Source: Albugo candida (lineage: Eukaryota). From it: 64,000 nt of DNA. The translations under genes were made by a program, and so were the position numbers. Under the pieces are notes generated by a model. The model was not told the DNA's origin, made no database searches, and worked only from the letters and a program-made list of their open reading frames with translations. This document shows positions 22,924 through 36,054 of the stretch, piece by piece; position 1 is the stretch's first letter; each line of letters starts with the position of its first letter. The DNA lies in assembly GCA_040437565.1 (NCBI GenBank), contig JBDOQK010000035.1, forward strand, positions 186,001-250,000, written 5' to 3'.

Positions 22924-25452
22924 GTCACAATCGTTCCGTGTGTATTGTGCGGAAGTAGCAAGATGCGTCTCAGTGTATGGATAAGCACATCGCATCGTTG
23001 CCACTAAATTACTTTTTGAATGTTCTATTACCGTAAGAGTATTGGCTATAATTTTTATATCCGTCATTGAACCATAGCGAGCCTCGTTAAATTCAATGTG
23101 TGTAAAGCACAAAACTTTAGTCGATATGCGCCTACTTGAACGGGGGTGTTTCGCAAATCACTTTTTCCATATTGTCTGTGGTGTCGAACGATCCTTCGTC
23201 GACAGATGCTAAGAGTGATGTGCGGGTATATGTGGCACCGTGTCGCTAAAATATCAATTAAATTATTTTATTACATTCAGTAATTGACTTTTACGATCAA
23301 ATAGCGCTTGAATCGTTAATCATAAAATGAACATACTCACCGGTTACTCCCCGCCTGTCATCAGATGTAGTGTACTTCCTACATATATCATTAGCCTCAC
23401 TGTGTGGTTACAAAATGAACTCATCCATTCGTGGTGCATTGTCCCTCCGTGGGTACACTGTCACAAGTCACCGGGTGACTTTTACGCCATGCTCTCATCT
23501 ACCTGAAAAATGCATTAACAAACATTGCCTCGAGCACCAAGTTATTCTACTACAGAACACGCGTGCATGTACTAAGCAAGAGTTTGTGTTTGTGCCGCTT
23601 GAAAGCAATTAAAGGCCGCATTGTGTTGACTTCTTGGTCAGCGAATTTTGTTGTTGCACTTCACGACGCAAAGAACGAACCAAGCAGTCGTGAACCTTCG
23701 AAAATTGATTTCTGATACGGATTCAACTCACAATCAATGTTCTGCCATCACTCTCCATCTGAATGTCATTTCTTTTGCTCAAGGAAAACTTTATAAGCAA
23801 TATTTTATATGGGGAAGCTTGTGAAAATTTTCAGCACAGCTGATAGATGATGTTGATCCATTATTAACGATAATAGAGCGCGTAATAGCTCGTCTAAAGC
23901 TGAGAATCTACGGTAAGCGACGTGCGACAAGGATGTGTTATTGAAGTATTGCTATCTAGGATGCAGAGCTCCGATTGCAAACAAGAGATAAGTCGCTAAG
24001 GGTGGAGAACATTGAAGTCATGTGCTGGTGGGAGCTTCAGCACTGAATACGTCCCAATTTCCTAGGTGGTACCCGGATATGACATTCGATCCTATGGCAA
24101 AAACAAAAGCTAGTTATATGTAGAGAATAGCACCCTCTTTTTCATCTTCTCTACGATAAGAGGCCAATCTCTATCTTAGGCTGTATATCAGCCTTTATAA
24201 ATGGAATAACAGATGGAGAAGGTTAGTATACGAAGGCTCGCAAGAACGATCTTATCCGATAATCGAACGGTGGCACGTATATATAGTGCTTTAGTTCTCA
24301 AGCGGCTGGGAACGATTCATTACATTTTATTAATACCCAAGTCCCAGTGTAAAGAGGGGTTTGTGGCCGTGATCGTTATACCCAACATTTGTGACATCGT
24401 GCGATTTGGTGTATCAAATGAACTTCGCGGTGCGTAAGAAAGGAAATAAAAAGATGGCTCGTTTTGCTTGCTCCACAGCTTGTAGGCGAAATATTCTCGG
24501 GCGTCCATCATATTAGGCGCGTAGATGAGTCTGTTAAAAAATCGTTCACACATACATCTTGATGAGGATGATAAAGCTTTTGTAGCGCATCTTATATTCG
24601 AGAAGTAAATTTTAGCGTCCATTTCCTCTTCCTAGCCCAAATTATGTTGCGTCGGAAGTTTTTAATCAGAGGCCCTTGTATTTGCTGACGAAAGTTAAGT
24701 TCGTCCTTACTGGTACCGCGTTGAAGTCGACAAGGCGATAAAAAGACCTATAAGTGTGCCCAACATGCTATAATTTCTCATTAACTTTGCCGCACTTCTT
24801 CCTGTATGTGGACGAAATGTATCACCGTGTGAAGCTTATTGACTTGCAACAATGCCATTCATCAACTTCCTCCAACATTCTTGAGTATACATGAGCTAAG
24901 CATCCGCAAGATCGCCGTCACAGTTTTAGTTGCGTTCAAGTGCTTTGACTTAGCGATCGATGAGAAGTACTATTACTTTATATATTCTCAAGATACCATT
25001 GATCTGGTAGCTTTTATACCTGGGCATCTACAACTTCGTGACTCGATTTAATCCTACATTCAGCGTCGAATACAGGAATTGAGGCTTATACTGGGGCTCA
25101 TGCCACACAAGACGCCAATTTCGTCACTAAAGTGTGCACATAGAGACAGTATCTCTTCCATTAATTGTGATGGAATGCATACCAGGTCCACTCTTCATTC
25201 ATTTCACCTTCACGTCACCAATAATATGGCTTGAACTAGGTTTGCAATCACGTGTGATATCTCATTTCGCCGAGATCTAATCCCATGCCCACGTTTGTTT
25301 TCAAAGTCCACATTTGTTATGGTCAGAAATGCGTACTTCCTCACATGCTTCCCTACTCATCATCGTCTTTACTTCCGACAAGTTTCATACCCATAAGAGA
25401 GAATTCCAATCCGTCTTGGCTTTCTTTATCAGGTTAATAATCTTCATGGATC

Positions 25453-25653
25453 TCATGTATCTCTGGACATGGGACCCCATGTCACAGGTAGCACCTTGTA
25501 GGTATATAAGCGTATGACTTTGGATGTCAGTAAAGCATCAAGTCGAAAGTACTGATGTATCCTGAGAGTTCTGCGGCTACTATGTTCATCGTTTGCGCCG
25601 GAAACAATTCTGCCTAATACAAACAAAGCTATCCGCGTCATTAAAACATTCAT
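25453..25653 (-). pseudogene. RxLR-like secreted protein, truncated or frameshifted
   Basis: Signal-like MNVLMTRIALFVLGRIVSGA, then RTLR at residues 28-31. Stops after 66 aa, with broken frames downstream. Confidence 0.4.
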
Positions 25654-26859
25654 ACCTAGCGCATCTTTGCGTAGCTACCTTCCACAGAAATAAAAGATCA
25701 GGATGCTACCCGCCGTCACCTTTTCATCGCTTCGGGTGACGTTCGTTGGACATACCTAATGTAGAACTCTGTGAGGGCTGAGACCTCAAAAACCTTTTTA
25801 CCAACGTTTAGGCTGAATGACGTGAGCTGGCGCAAAATGTGTTACCAGCGATAAGGCTGAATGACGTGAGTTGAAAATTATCCGTAACCTTCAGATTAGT
25901 GAGATAGAATCTGAAGGAGGCAGTCCTTTTTTGGGGGCTGCGTTTCTATACGAGACGTTGGGCTGCATCAAATTTTTCGTTTTTTCACGCCATATTGCTG
26001 TGTAGTGACACATTTGTAAATGATGCCTTACATCGCCCAGTACGCTTGCCAGTATGACCATCTCAATTATGCCACTGTCTGGTCTTCATGTTGTAAGGAA
26101 TCAACGAGCTGAGGCTTTTCAAGAGTTCATGCATGCAAAAAGTGGATTGTAATATAGAGCATAAAAAACAGCAAATATTCAAATGAATCAGCAAATAAAA
26201 AGTTTTGTGGCCGCTAGAAGAACAGCGATCATTCCTTGAACATCAATATATCTTGTTCAACCCTCGGAAAATCTTCTCTCTCTTCTGTCATTATTTATAG
26301 GGAAGAGACCAAAGTGACATAATAATTAAGAAATGGCCGATGAATAGCGCTGCATTTTTTCTCTCTTCCTTCAAGGATCATGTACGATATAACTTCACAT
26401 TGCTTCCATTCTAGATTTGTAGGATCGATTCATCATCCGCGAGACTTCATGCTGGTGACCAGCCAGCCATTGATCAAAAACCTTCCCTTTGTATGTATCT
26501 ACATCGACCAGACAACCAACGCAACGTCATGTCACCTCTATTCACTTTTTATGATCTAACCTATCGATACATCACATATTGAACATGTTCGATAGGTTCA
26601 TTGCCGTACTAAAACAATTGAACAGAATGTAGTTGCAACCCTGCTTATGTACTACTTTAGCAAATAATTTTCTTTCCTTCTCTAATTTTATGCTCTCCAT
26701 TGTCGCAGCGGATCGGTAACAGAATAATTCTGTTCAAGCCAGTGTATTATATGTGCCCGGATGGAAACACAGACAATTGTGACGAGGATATGTAATTTCT
26801 AGGGACAAAAAAGTATGGAATGTAAAAGTTGGTCAACAATCCTTCAAAGCATGACACCA

Positions 26860-27528
26860 TAATTCCTCATTCATGCTTCTTTCCGATGAAGGATAGGCTT
26901 GGTAGCGTACATGGAGATGGGGTAACACATCGATCGGCAAGACAAGAGAGTGGTCCACCTATGTCCAAGTGCGAGATTAAGTATGAAATTCGATAAAGTC
27001 GAGTCAAGAGCGCTGGTGACAAGGTTACGGTTCTTAAAACCTTGTCAACACTACATATGGATGCATATGCCTGATGAAGATAACTCCACGTAATACGGCA
27101 CCATATGTACGCCGGAATCGGATAGTAAATACCTGTGCCGCTACGTTTTCATGATAAGATAGTAGCTTCTAGATATAATATATCCGTGGCGGAGTGTTGC
27201 CAGCATAGGAGCGCATAATAAGTTGCAAATGGATTAGAGTATAGTTGCGAATGAACGGTATAGCAGTAACTTCCATCCTGCGATACACAGCGCAGGAATT
27301 CCCACATAGTGAGCGTTGCATTCTCTGGACCTTGCAAGTCTACGATACCCCTTTTGAAAAACGTTTTGGAGATGAAAGGCTACAGAATTTGTTTATATAC
27401 CAGCGTCTACGTTCCTGTCTGAAGAATGTGAGAATCGCCGAGTAGGTGATGCGGAGTATCATCATGGTGATGGCTGTAGTGAGGGTAACGCAGAGGCGGA
27501 CGGGATAGATGAGCGACGGCAGTGTCAT
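26860..27528 (-). pseudogene. Decayed secreted-protein gene, paralog of 38072-38700
   Basis: MTLPSLIYPVRLCVTLTTAI..TYSAILTFFRQE, LVYKQI and QVF..GAVLRGVIFIRH, interrupted by stops and frameshifts. Confidence 0.6.
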
Positions 27529-28580
27529 TGTACAAGCATGTAAACAAAATTCAGCCAGAGAGTATGAAGCTTTGGGAAACGGTGATATTACGTTGGGCAT
27601 AATTTCTCGGTTCGGAAATAAACATCAGACTATCGAACATTTAGTTTTGGTACAGCGAAGTAGACCCCCTCTATTTCAACCCTCCTTCCTTGCTCGGCAT
27701 CAAGATGGTTAGATCCTCAGAGAGACAGCGGCAATCTTCCTAAAATTTTGAAATATGATCGAGTTTACATTGCCATGCTTGTTGAGTATCCTTCTCGATG
27801 CCATGCGATACTTTTCAATTTTGAATGTCTTCAACCTTTATCAAGCCTTTCCTACATCCTATGCTTCAACACGGAAATTTTTGCTGGATAAGAACTGCGA
27901 CAATTTTCAGCCGAGTATCGTAATCTTTCTATGCTTCATCAAATCGATTGCGCCCAGCTGATGAAAATCTGAGTCGCTGCACAAATTTGACGTTGAAACC
28001 CGTCGATCCACTTTCATGGGGAAGTTTAAATGCAAATATGTTAAGATGCTTGTGTAAATACTAATCAAAGTTTGTATTGTCTCGCTATTGGAGCTGGTAG
28101 CAGCGTTTATATGTGGTTTGCACGCAATCAATTGTAGCTAGCTATGTCATTATCCCGCAAAAATATGCCTCCTGCTAACGCTACCGTACGTTAGATACTA
28201 TCTGCAATCGTCCTTCTTTGAAAAGACCGACCATGAAAGCAGATGCCGAATACTATAAGTAATATACATTCACGAGCATCATCACAGAAGAGGCAACACT
28301 ATAGATACCATTGACGCTTTTCAAGGCGATGAAACTTTAAAGATATAGCATTGATCTCTCTCGGACTTGTCACAAAGCCTCACTATTTCGTATGGAATGT
28401 GACATGTCACTTGCACCAAGTGGGCAAACTTTCATGGTTTGCTCTTAATCAGAGATCAGTAACAACGCATCTATTTGGACGTCGAAAGCTACCATTATAC
28501 TACATGCACAAGAGCAATAGTCAATTACTCTCCTTCAGGGCCGAAATAACCACTGTCCCAAACAAGGGAGGCAAAAAATG

Positions 28581-29957
28581 CTAAAAGTTTTGACGATCAT
28601 CGATTCCATAGCTAACATTAAAGAGAAGATATTTATCCAGAAAATAATGATTCTTAAGGGGGCGTTTCTGATCAGGAAGAACATGTACAAGTGGCAAAAC
28701 TGGTTGATCGACTCGCAAAGCAAGGATGTTCTTCTTTTTTTCTAAATCGACGATCATTGCTGCGGTTACGGTGACGGCTTGTAGTAGAGCAAGTGCAAAA
28801 GGGGTCCGTACCCAGCTCAGTCGGTTAAGCACTTGAGCGCACGGACCCTCTGCCGGAAGTCATAATTAGTTCGATCCCCGGCAGTGTGGGCAGCGGTTTG
28901 AGCCCATCCAAGCAATTAGCTTGGAAAATATCTGCCTCCCTAGGTTTGAAGTCAGACTTAAGTGATATTCACACGGTCAGGGGCTCATGATAGGATAAGG
29001 AAGGTAGTTAAAGAACCAGATAAACAGTGTAATGAAATCCTTCACAAAGCAGTAGTGGACAAACAATGAGCAATGGAATTGAAGCAGCAAGTAGCGGCTG
29101 TAAATACCAATAAAGCGCCTTCGAAAAGGAAAACAAACGTTTGGAATCAAAATCTGTAGAAAGCTTTGCGAAGTAATCACTTTCTTGGGAAATCGAAGAG
29201 CCCTCTTGCATCTCTTCCAACCGCAGTACGATCCCTCTGCGACCAACTGGCAACGTTCACGTCAACTACAAACCCTTTTACGGGATGAGGTCACCTGTGC
29301 AGGTATCACTAAAGAAGAGAAAATCAAAAGGTCGAGGAAGAGGCTCACGTGATGGAGTATACGCAGTTGTCGCGTAACTGCATGCGCCTTGATAGATTTA
29401 AAGCATAAAATGTAAGAATATATTATAAATTTTGATGGGTTTTTATTCAAATTTCGTTGTTAAGTATTTAGATCGGCAGAGCTCAGTTGAAGGTGTCTAT
29501 ATCACTAGAATTAGACTAATTGACTTCTCTAGTTGCCTAGGCTATCTTAAATAACATATATACATATAAAAAACGTTTCGTGAAATACCTGTGAGAGATG
29601 ATAATATGTCTCCTCGTTGATAATCCTGTATTGCAGTAGCTCAGTCANNNNNNNNNNNNNNNNNNNNNNNNNNNNNNNNNNNNNNNNNNNNNNNNNNNNN
29701 NNNNNNNNNNNNNNNNNNNNNNNNNNNNNNNNNNNNNNNNNNNNNNNGATCCCCGGCAGTGTGGGCAGCGGTTTGAGCCCATCCAAGCAATTAGCTTGGA
29801 AAATATCTGCCTCTCTAGGTTTGAAGTCAGACTTAAGTGATATTCACACGGTCAGGGGCTCATGATAGGATAAGGAAGGTAGTTAAAGAACCAGATAAAC
29901 AGTGTAATGAAATCTATGACAAAGTAGAGCAAGTGCAACCACGATACTAGTCTTTAT
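28581..29957 (-). pseudogene. Secreted-protein gene disrupted by the SINE insertion inside its signal peptide
   Basis: Removing the insert and one TSD copy restores (ATA)KTSIVVALALLQAVTVTA-AMIVDLEKK... The presumed start codon reads ATA at 29955-29957. Confidence 0.65.
28799..29922 (+). mobile_element. tRNA-related SINE composite (SINE - ~580 bp - SINE) with 16-bp target-site duplication
   Basis: A-box CAGCTCAGTCGG at 28813-28824 and B-box AGTTCGATCC at 28868-28877. 28873-29039 recurs at 29748-29914 with one mismatch. AGTAGAGCAAGTGCAA occurs at 28783-28798 and 29923-29938. Confidence 0.75.
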
Positions 29958-32900
29958 TCCATGCCTATGGTAATCATAGGTCGGAGGGACCCGTGTAGGG
30001 ACGCTGATATGATATGAGATACACTACATAATTGACCAATTACATTTACATCTATCACAAGCTATTCCCAGTCTCGTATCGGCTGGGATAGGGCAAATGC
30101 TGTCAATAGCACCACATTTTATCAACTCATCTGGGTCTTTTTGTGGATTTTTTGTCTGTTAGTTTCAGAATAAAACCCCTTCAATTGGACTACCAAGTTG
30201 TAATGTGGAAAACCCCGGTTGATATGATATCTTCTTAAACCAATTTTGGATGCAAACTTCTCACTCTCCTGTGAACAATAATTCATTCCTGTCTGTTTTC
30301 GGATAAGAAAATTACCCCAAACAATTTACGCTAGGTATTTATGTGGGCAGTGGGACGCCACGGCGGGGATTGGCGTGATATAGAAAGAGGTTGGTATGAG
30401 TGTTGTGACAAGTTTCTCAAAGCGACTAAACGTTTCATAGGAAGAAATTTTAAGCATCTGATGCAAGCTCTTAAAAAATCGTATTCGTTGTGACTTCAGT
30501 CGTAAAAGTTGTTAGACGATGCTGACCCATTACAGTAAAGTCCGACCTCACTTGAACTACTGTTGGTGACAATATGACACATGTGATGAAGAGAGACGGT
30601 CGCCGCGTGGGACCAGACGGACTTCATGTGAAACGTGACATAGCCAAGTTTGTAGTGCCGTTGCACATACATGTTGTCCTCTTGACAACAAGGTTGATGT
30701 TAAATATATTTCACTTTACTTCTACCTCTAATGCTAAAAGTGGATATCAAGTCCTTTCAACATAGTATCGTAGTTTATCATCATCTGTTCAACCAGAGCG
30801 CACCAATACATTCGACTTCCGTCCTATCAGGTTATTTGAGTTGACAACATGAAGGACCCGAGATGGAAATACGACGACATGATTGAGTCAAAAATAACTA
30901 AGCTTTTCTGCAGCTCTGGTCGTAAATCGATATCGATGACTGAAATTGGCATGTATTATCGATCTCTTGGACAATCCAAAAGCTGTGTAGTCAAACTTTG
31001 TTAAGAACAGTGTAGTTGCATTTGTTTGCCATTGATCTGTACACTCGACCTTCTTCTACTGGTAAAATTCCAGAAGCTGCTTCGGATTACTCCTATCTAA
31101 GACGCTAGGGCTTTCTTGATTCTTTAATCGGTCATCCATAGCAGAATCTCTTGAAAGCTTGATTGCGAATATCCATTAGACGGATCACACATTGACCCGC
31201 TCCCTTCATTCGCTTTTGATTTGATGGATATATTCCATTCAAGGTAGCTGCGATGGGTACACAGAAAGTTCTAAAAGAAGGCATTGAGAAACTTGGATTC
31301 TTGTGTACGTCGCGCTAATTTGCATCAAACCAACGATTGATTTTCCTTGTGATCGGAGTCGAACCTTCCTGTATAAGATGTACGCAAATATGAACATCAG
31401 AAGCTGTCAAACGTTCTACAAACAAGCTAAGAATTAGTCAATCTGGACATCTATTCATCTACAAGCTGATACTAAGAATTCTTTCCTCATATCCAGGATC
31501 ACTTACTTCAACGTTGTCAGCCTTAACGGGTGCTCGTGGATCTCGGTGGAACGTGAGGCTATAATTGTTTTTCCGACCAGTGTTTTCACAAATGACACCA
31601 CATTGCCTATTTCTTATTCGTCCCTTTGATGCGATCTTTTGATCTTAAATCGTGAAGTCTTCTTACACAAACAAATTGAGCTTAATGATATGAATTTTGT
31701 GCACAACAGCGGTCGATTGATCCATCATGCCTCCTTGATTCTGATGATCAGTTTCAAAAGTAGATTTGAATTCGTCCCGGCTATCTATCCAGGCTTCGTG
31801 CAGGGTTGAAAGATCAGTTGACAGATTTCTTTGTTAGAGTGGGTATGACAATTCTCCCCGGTGTGACTTGATAGTCTACATTTTTTCTTGTAGACAATCT
31901 GGCAGCTTCTATCAGCAGTACTGAGACTCCATCTGAAAATACTGCCTTGATTGTAAAATGACTCTGGAAAATCATGAGCAATGCGTTTGGGTTGACTTAG
32001 ATATCAAATAGGTAGTGCATAGAAAAAATGGGCATATAAAAATGGAGGGCAAGATGGCATCTGTTGATGCAGCCTGTGGTTTACGATGCAAAGTGTACAA
32101 ATAGATGCATTGTGCAATTGCATGTAACAAAATTCTCGACCTACAGTAAGATCTCATGGATAGCTTCGCAATGATCGGTACAAGCACAAATACGATTTGC
32201 TATCCACATCGAAAGCGATTGAAACGACATGCGCCATGAAGGGAGACTTCCAAAGTTCAAAGAGGTAGCTTCCATGGCTGAGGAAAGGAACGAAATGTTA
32301 TCATAAGTTTCGAATCGACCTTGAGCAATGAGCTTGGTGAGGACGCAAATTTCGGAACAGGTTGGCAAAATCGCCGAACAGGTCAGCGAAATCTACGATA
32401 AAATCGTAATATCAGTTTTTCTGCAAGATCAGGCAAGTAACTCTCGTTTTTCGTTATTCAAAGATAGGTTTTCATTGTGTGTCATCATATCATTGTATTT
32501 CAATGGATTTCGCAACTGCCCCAAATCTTTGGTAAGTTTTGGTGTGATATTGTCAGCGATACTAGATCTTGTAAACTAGTTATACGTATTGCTCATATAC
32601 TGGTTGTGTAGATGCCGTGACAGCGAATAGCCGCCAAAAAGCATAAAGATCAAGATTTTATTTACTTTATCACGGGATTCGGAAGCAGTAATTTAATTTG
32701 GGTATAACGTTACCATCCTTACAAATATCTGATGGTCAATTTTGGAAGTCTCCGATACCGACCCTTCCGAGTAATGCGTCTGGTGCTCGCTCTTCTCGTT
32801 GGGATGCGCGCCGCCAAAAGACAAAACGCTGGATTCTTCATGTTGCCCGAGTTTTTGGCATTCTCGTAAGGCGATAGAAGTTGACGTAGCATATGCTCGC

Positions 32901-33079
32901 ACAAAACATATGTTGCACTCAATTTGAGCGATCATGGATGTGAATGCTTATGGCTTTACATTTTCGCATGCGTTCCTGTCTCCTATCTATTTTTTTCGTT
33001 CATGTTTGTGTCATTTTCCATATACTTGAGTGCTCTCTCTTCTTTGTATCCATTGCTACTATTTTGGCGGTCTTTCGCC

Positions 33080-33370
33080 ATGACGTCATTCTCTCCACAC
33101 ACGAGACGATGCAAACTGCGACGTAGAGCCAATTTTCTAAGCTTTGGTGTGGGAATAGGAATCATCAGTACGGTTGCAGCGATCTTTAGTTATAAATGCC
33201 GCCAGCGAAAAATTATGCATCATGGTATTCGTTTCCCATACAATTTGGAAGACGACGAGTGGAGCAATCGCATACAATGGAATACAACTCAATTCACCGG
33301 TACTGTATTATGTCAAGCGCTGTATGCTCAGAAGTTGGAGGGTGTAAATGAGTGCAACAGCGCTCTTTGA
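33080..33370 (+). CDS. Small hypothetical single-pass membrane protein
   Basis: ATG ORF with a basic N-terminus and hydrophobic FLSFGVGIGIISTVAAIFSY segment. No known domain. Confidence 0.35.
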   Translation: MTSFSPHTRRCKLRRRANFLSFGVGIGIISTVAAIFSYKCRQRKIMHHGIRFPYNLEDDEWSNRIQWNTTQFTGTVLCQALYAQKLEGVNECNSAL

Positions 33371-36054
33371 TTTTCTTTTTTTATCGCAAAATTCTACTAG
33401 AATCGATAAAATATCAACAACGCAACTATAAGCCTATTCTATTGTTTGTGTCTTTATTTGTTTTGTAAATGGTAGCGTGTATAATGTAAGGCTCACGCGC
33501 GCCACGACCATGTGACCCACCGTAAGCCCTGCTTACCATCCATCGACATTATGAGAAATCTTCACTCGATTCTGCACGATCATCTTCAAGAGCGAGTGAA
33601 GTTTACTGTCAATTATATTACTACTTGGTAAAAAAGTCGCAAGAAAACACCATCTATTGCAACGATATGTTGCAAACAGGAAACCTAAGGTTGAATCATC
33701 ACCGCTTTCGAGACATCTGGTCAAGGCGGTCTAACTCTTATCTTGATACGTTGACCTATTATGGCAGCCTCATCGCATGTTTCGTTCTCACACATATACA
33801 GGAGCTAAAACGTTAGTTTGATTTCGCAACGATGGCTGAATCAGGCCCCCGGACAGCGGTTCTGCGCTGATGTGTCAAACAGAGATCGAGCAATTATGCT
33901 ACCGGCCACTTGCCTTCATTTTGAAAAGACGTACGTCAGACGACGGCTTGTACACTTCTCGGCTGAGTGATTGGATGGTGCATTCAGTGAGCAATCCCTT
34001 TGTTCCAGTCTTGCTGGTGCGCTGCATTACGACCTTCTCGCTGAGCCCCCCCCATCAGGCTAGGTTTTTCTGTGAGGGTGGTATCCTCAGTCGTCAATCA
34101 ATCCATGTACGCCTTCACGCTTTGAACGTGTAAAGATTTATAGCGTTGCCATGATGTTATACATATTCTCTTGTTCGCTTGATTGCTGCCAATATAGTCG
34201 TCTTCTGTATGAACCGAACTCTGTACGAGTGCTACTCACGAGGGCGCTCACTGCCAAGGCGGTCGCGGAAGAACTCGCCTCGTGATCGGCACACCTTTGT
34301 CGACATGAACCGAGTACCTCTAATCCTTACAACGACGTAATTCAACTTGCTGCAAATGCATATAGACGCATACACTGCGCTTCGAATCTTGTTCTCATGC
34401 GTCAATGAAACTGCTACTCACCAAAGCATTTGTGACTCATACTAACGCAGAAGCTTGTTTCGTTGGAAAAGAAAGTACTTGCGACGTCGGATTGCGCTTG
34501 ACTCGGGTCCAATGACGCCACCACCTTCTCCTGCTACTGCTAATTCTTGGAAGTGGCTCGAAAGTCACTCAAGTATATGCCTTCAACGCTAACCAAGCCT
34601 TCAAGGGAGGACAGTCCAACGAGATTGACTTTAATCCTTCCTGCTTTGCAGCACTTCGTTTTGACGATATAATGGCGAAATTCTGTTGCTCAGTAGACCC
34701 AACATATTGATCCTACGTGAGTGAGGTGAATCAGGATGCAACGGGCGAAATACATTGTGGTGGTGCAGCTAAGGTACTTTCAGTCACCAAAACATGATTT
34801 TCTCATCCCCAGAAACACGAGTACAAGCCCAGGTGATGTCGTATTTCTAAATGGCGTATAACTGGAACCCGATGCTCATCACCCGGTCACTCAACTGTCA
34901 ACTTGGCACAATATAACTACAATATTGGCTGGGTCTTGTTTTCAGCTGAGAAGCAGGCAAACCTGATACGATATAATCCTCATCCTCCTACCTTCTATCA
35001 GCATCTTTGGTCACAAGCAAACATCGTACTCATGGCTTCGACAGTGGTTTATCCTTCGATTACATCATTCGTTGAGCATGTTTTCTGATACTTGATTACT
35101 GATCAATCTCTGATTGTAGGAAATGAGTATTTCTCAATGTTTGATATGTAATCGTCTAAAAAGGTTATGATGTATTTGTGTAGTTTCGTCCTTACGCGAT
35201 GCTGTGGCAAGAATTTTGTCAGCGGATAGTGTGCATTCTTTCGTTGTTGTCTGAGCATACTCTCACGAATATAATGGGCATAGAATGCATCTTTTGTGAT
35301 CAAATATAGTAATAGTTTGCACCTTCCAGCTTACAATTGGTTCATTTATGCGTACTCCTCGTCACGCATGCCCAATGGAACCGGAAGAAGAGATAGGCAT
35401 TCGGTCAGTACCCGGAACAAAACACCTTTCGACGCTCTGCAGAGATTTTTATCTGATAGCATGTTATCCATTTTGAATAATTATATTCGAAAAAGCATCC
35501 GCGAATCCGATCAAGCCGTCGCAGGCAGCAAATTTTTTCAAGATCAGAAGCAAGAGAGGATGCACCTTGGCCTCTATGCCGCTTTTAGTGGTGACACTAG
35601 TACTGTTTCTTGTTTATAAGTGTCTCCAATTCCCTGGCACGCTAACTATAGAGCGCCATGGAACGGGGTAGGAGCACTAGATTGACCTACGAGCTACCAA
35701 GTTAATGATTACTTGAGAGCGTGGAAAGTTCATGTCGCCTTATTAAAGAAATGACAGTCAAAGAAAAAAGGCTGCAGTAGAACTGGAAATCGTGGAACGC
35801 GACCTTGCGAACGAAAGCCTTGATTGCTTTCAAACGCTATGCAGATCACGTGGATACCAGCGGCAGGGCAGAAAGAAACGAATCAGAGGACATATGGCTC
35901 ATTGGCAATGAAGAGTTTGAGAAGGCTCCGGGCGACTTGGAGATAGACTAAAAGGGTCACCATGTCAGAGTTACAAGCACTATATGGTCTCATTGCGTAA
36001 GTGGTGAAAAAGCCAATTGTTGAAAATGTATTCGCTCGGATCAATTCAAGCATT

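Noticed and set aside
28801-28885. tRNA gene
   Set aside because: A and B boxes are present but there is no acceptor/anticodon cloverleaf. The duplicated body and TSD indicate a SINE.
28801-29040. Hammerhead ribozyme / retrozyme LTR
   Set aside because: No CTGANGA...GAAA core was found on either strand.
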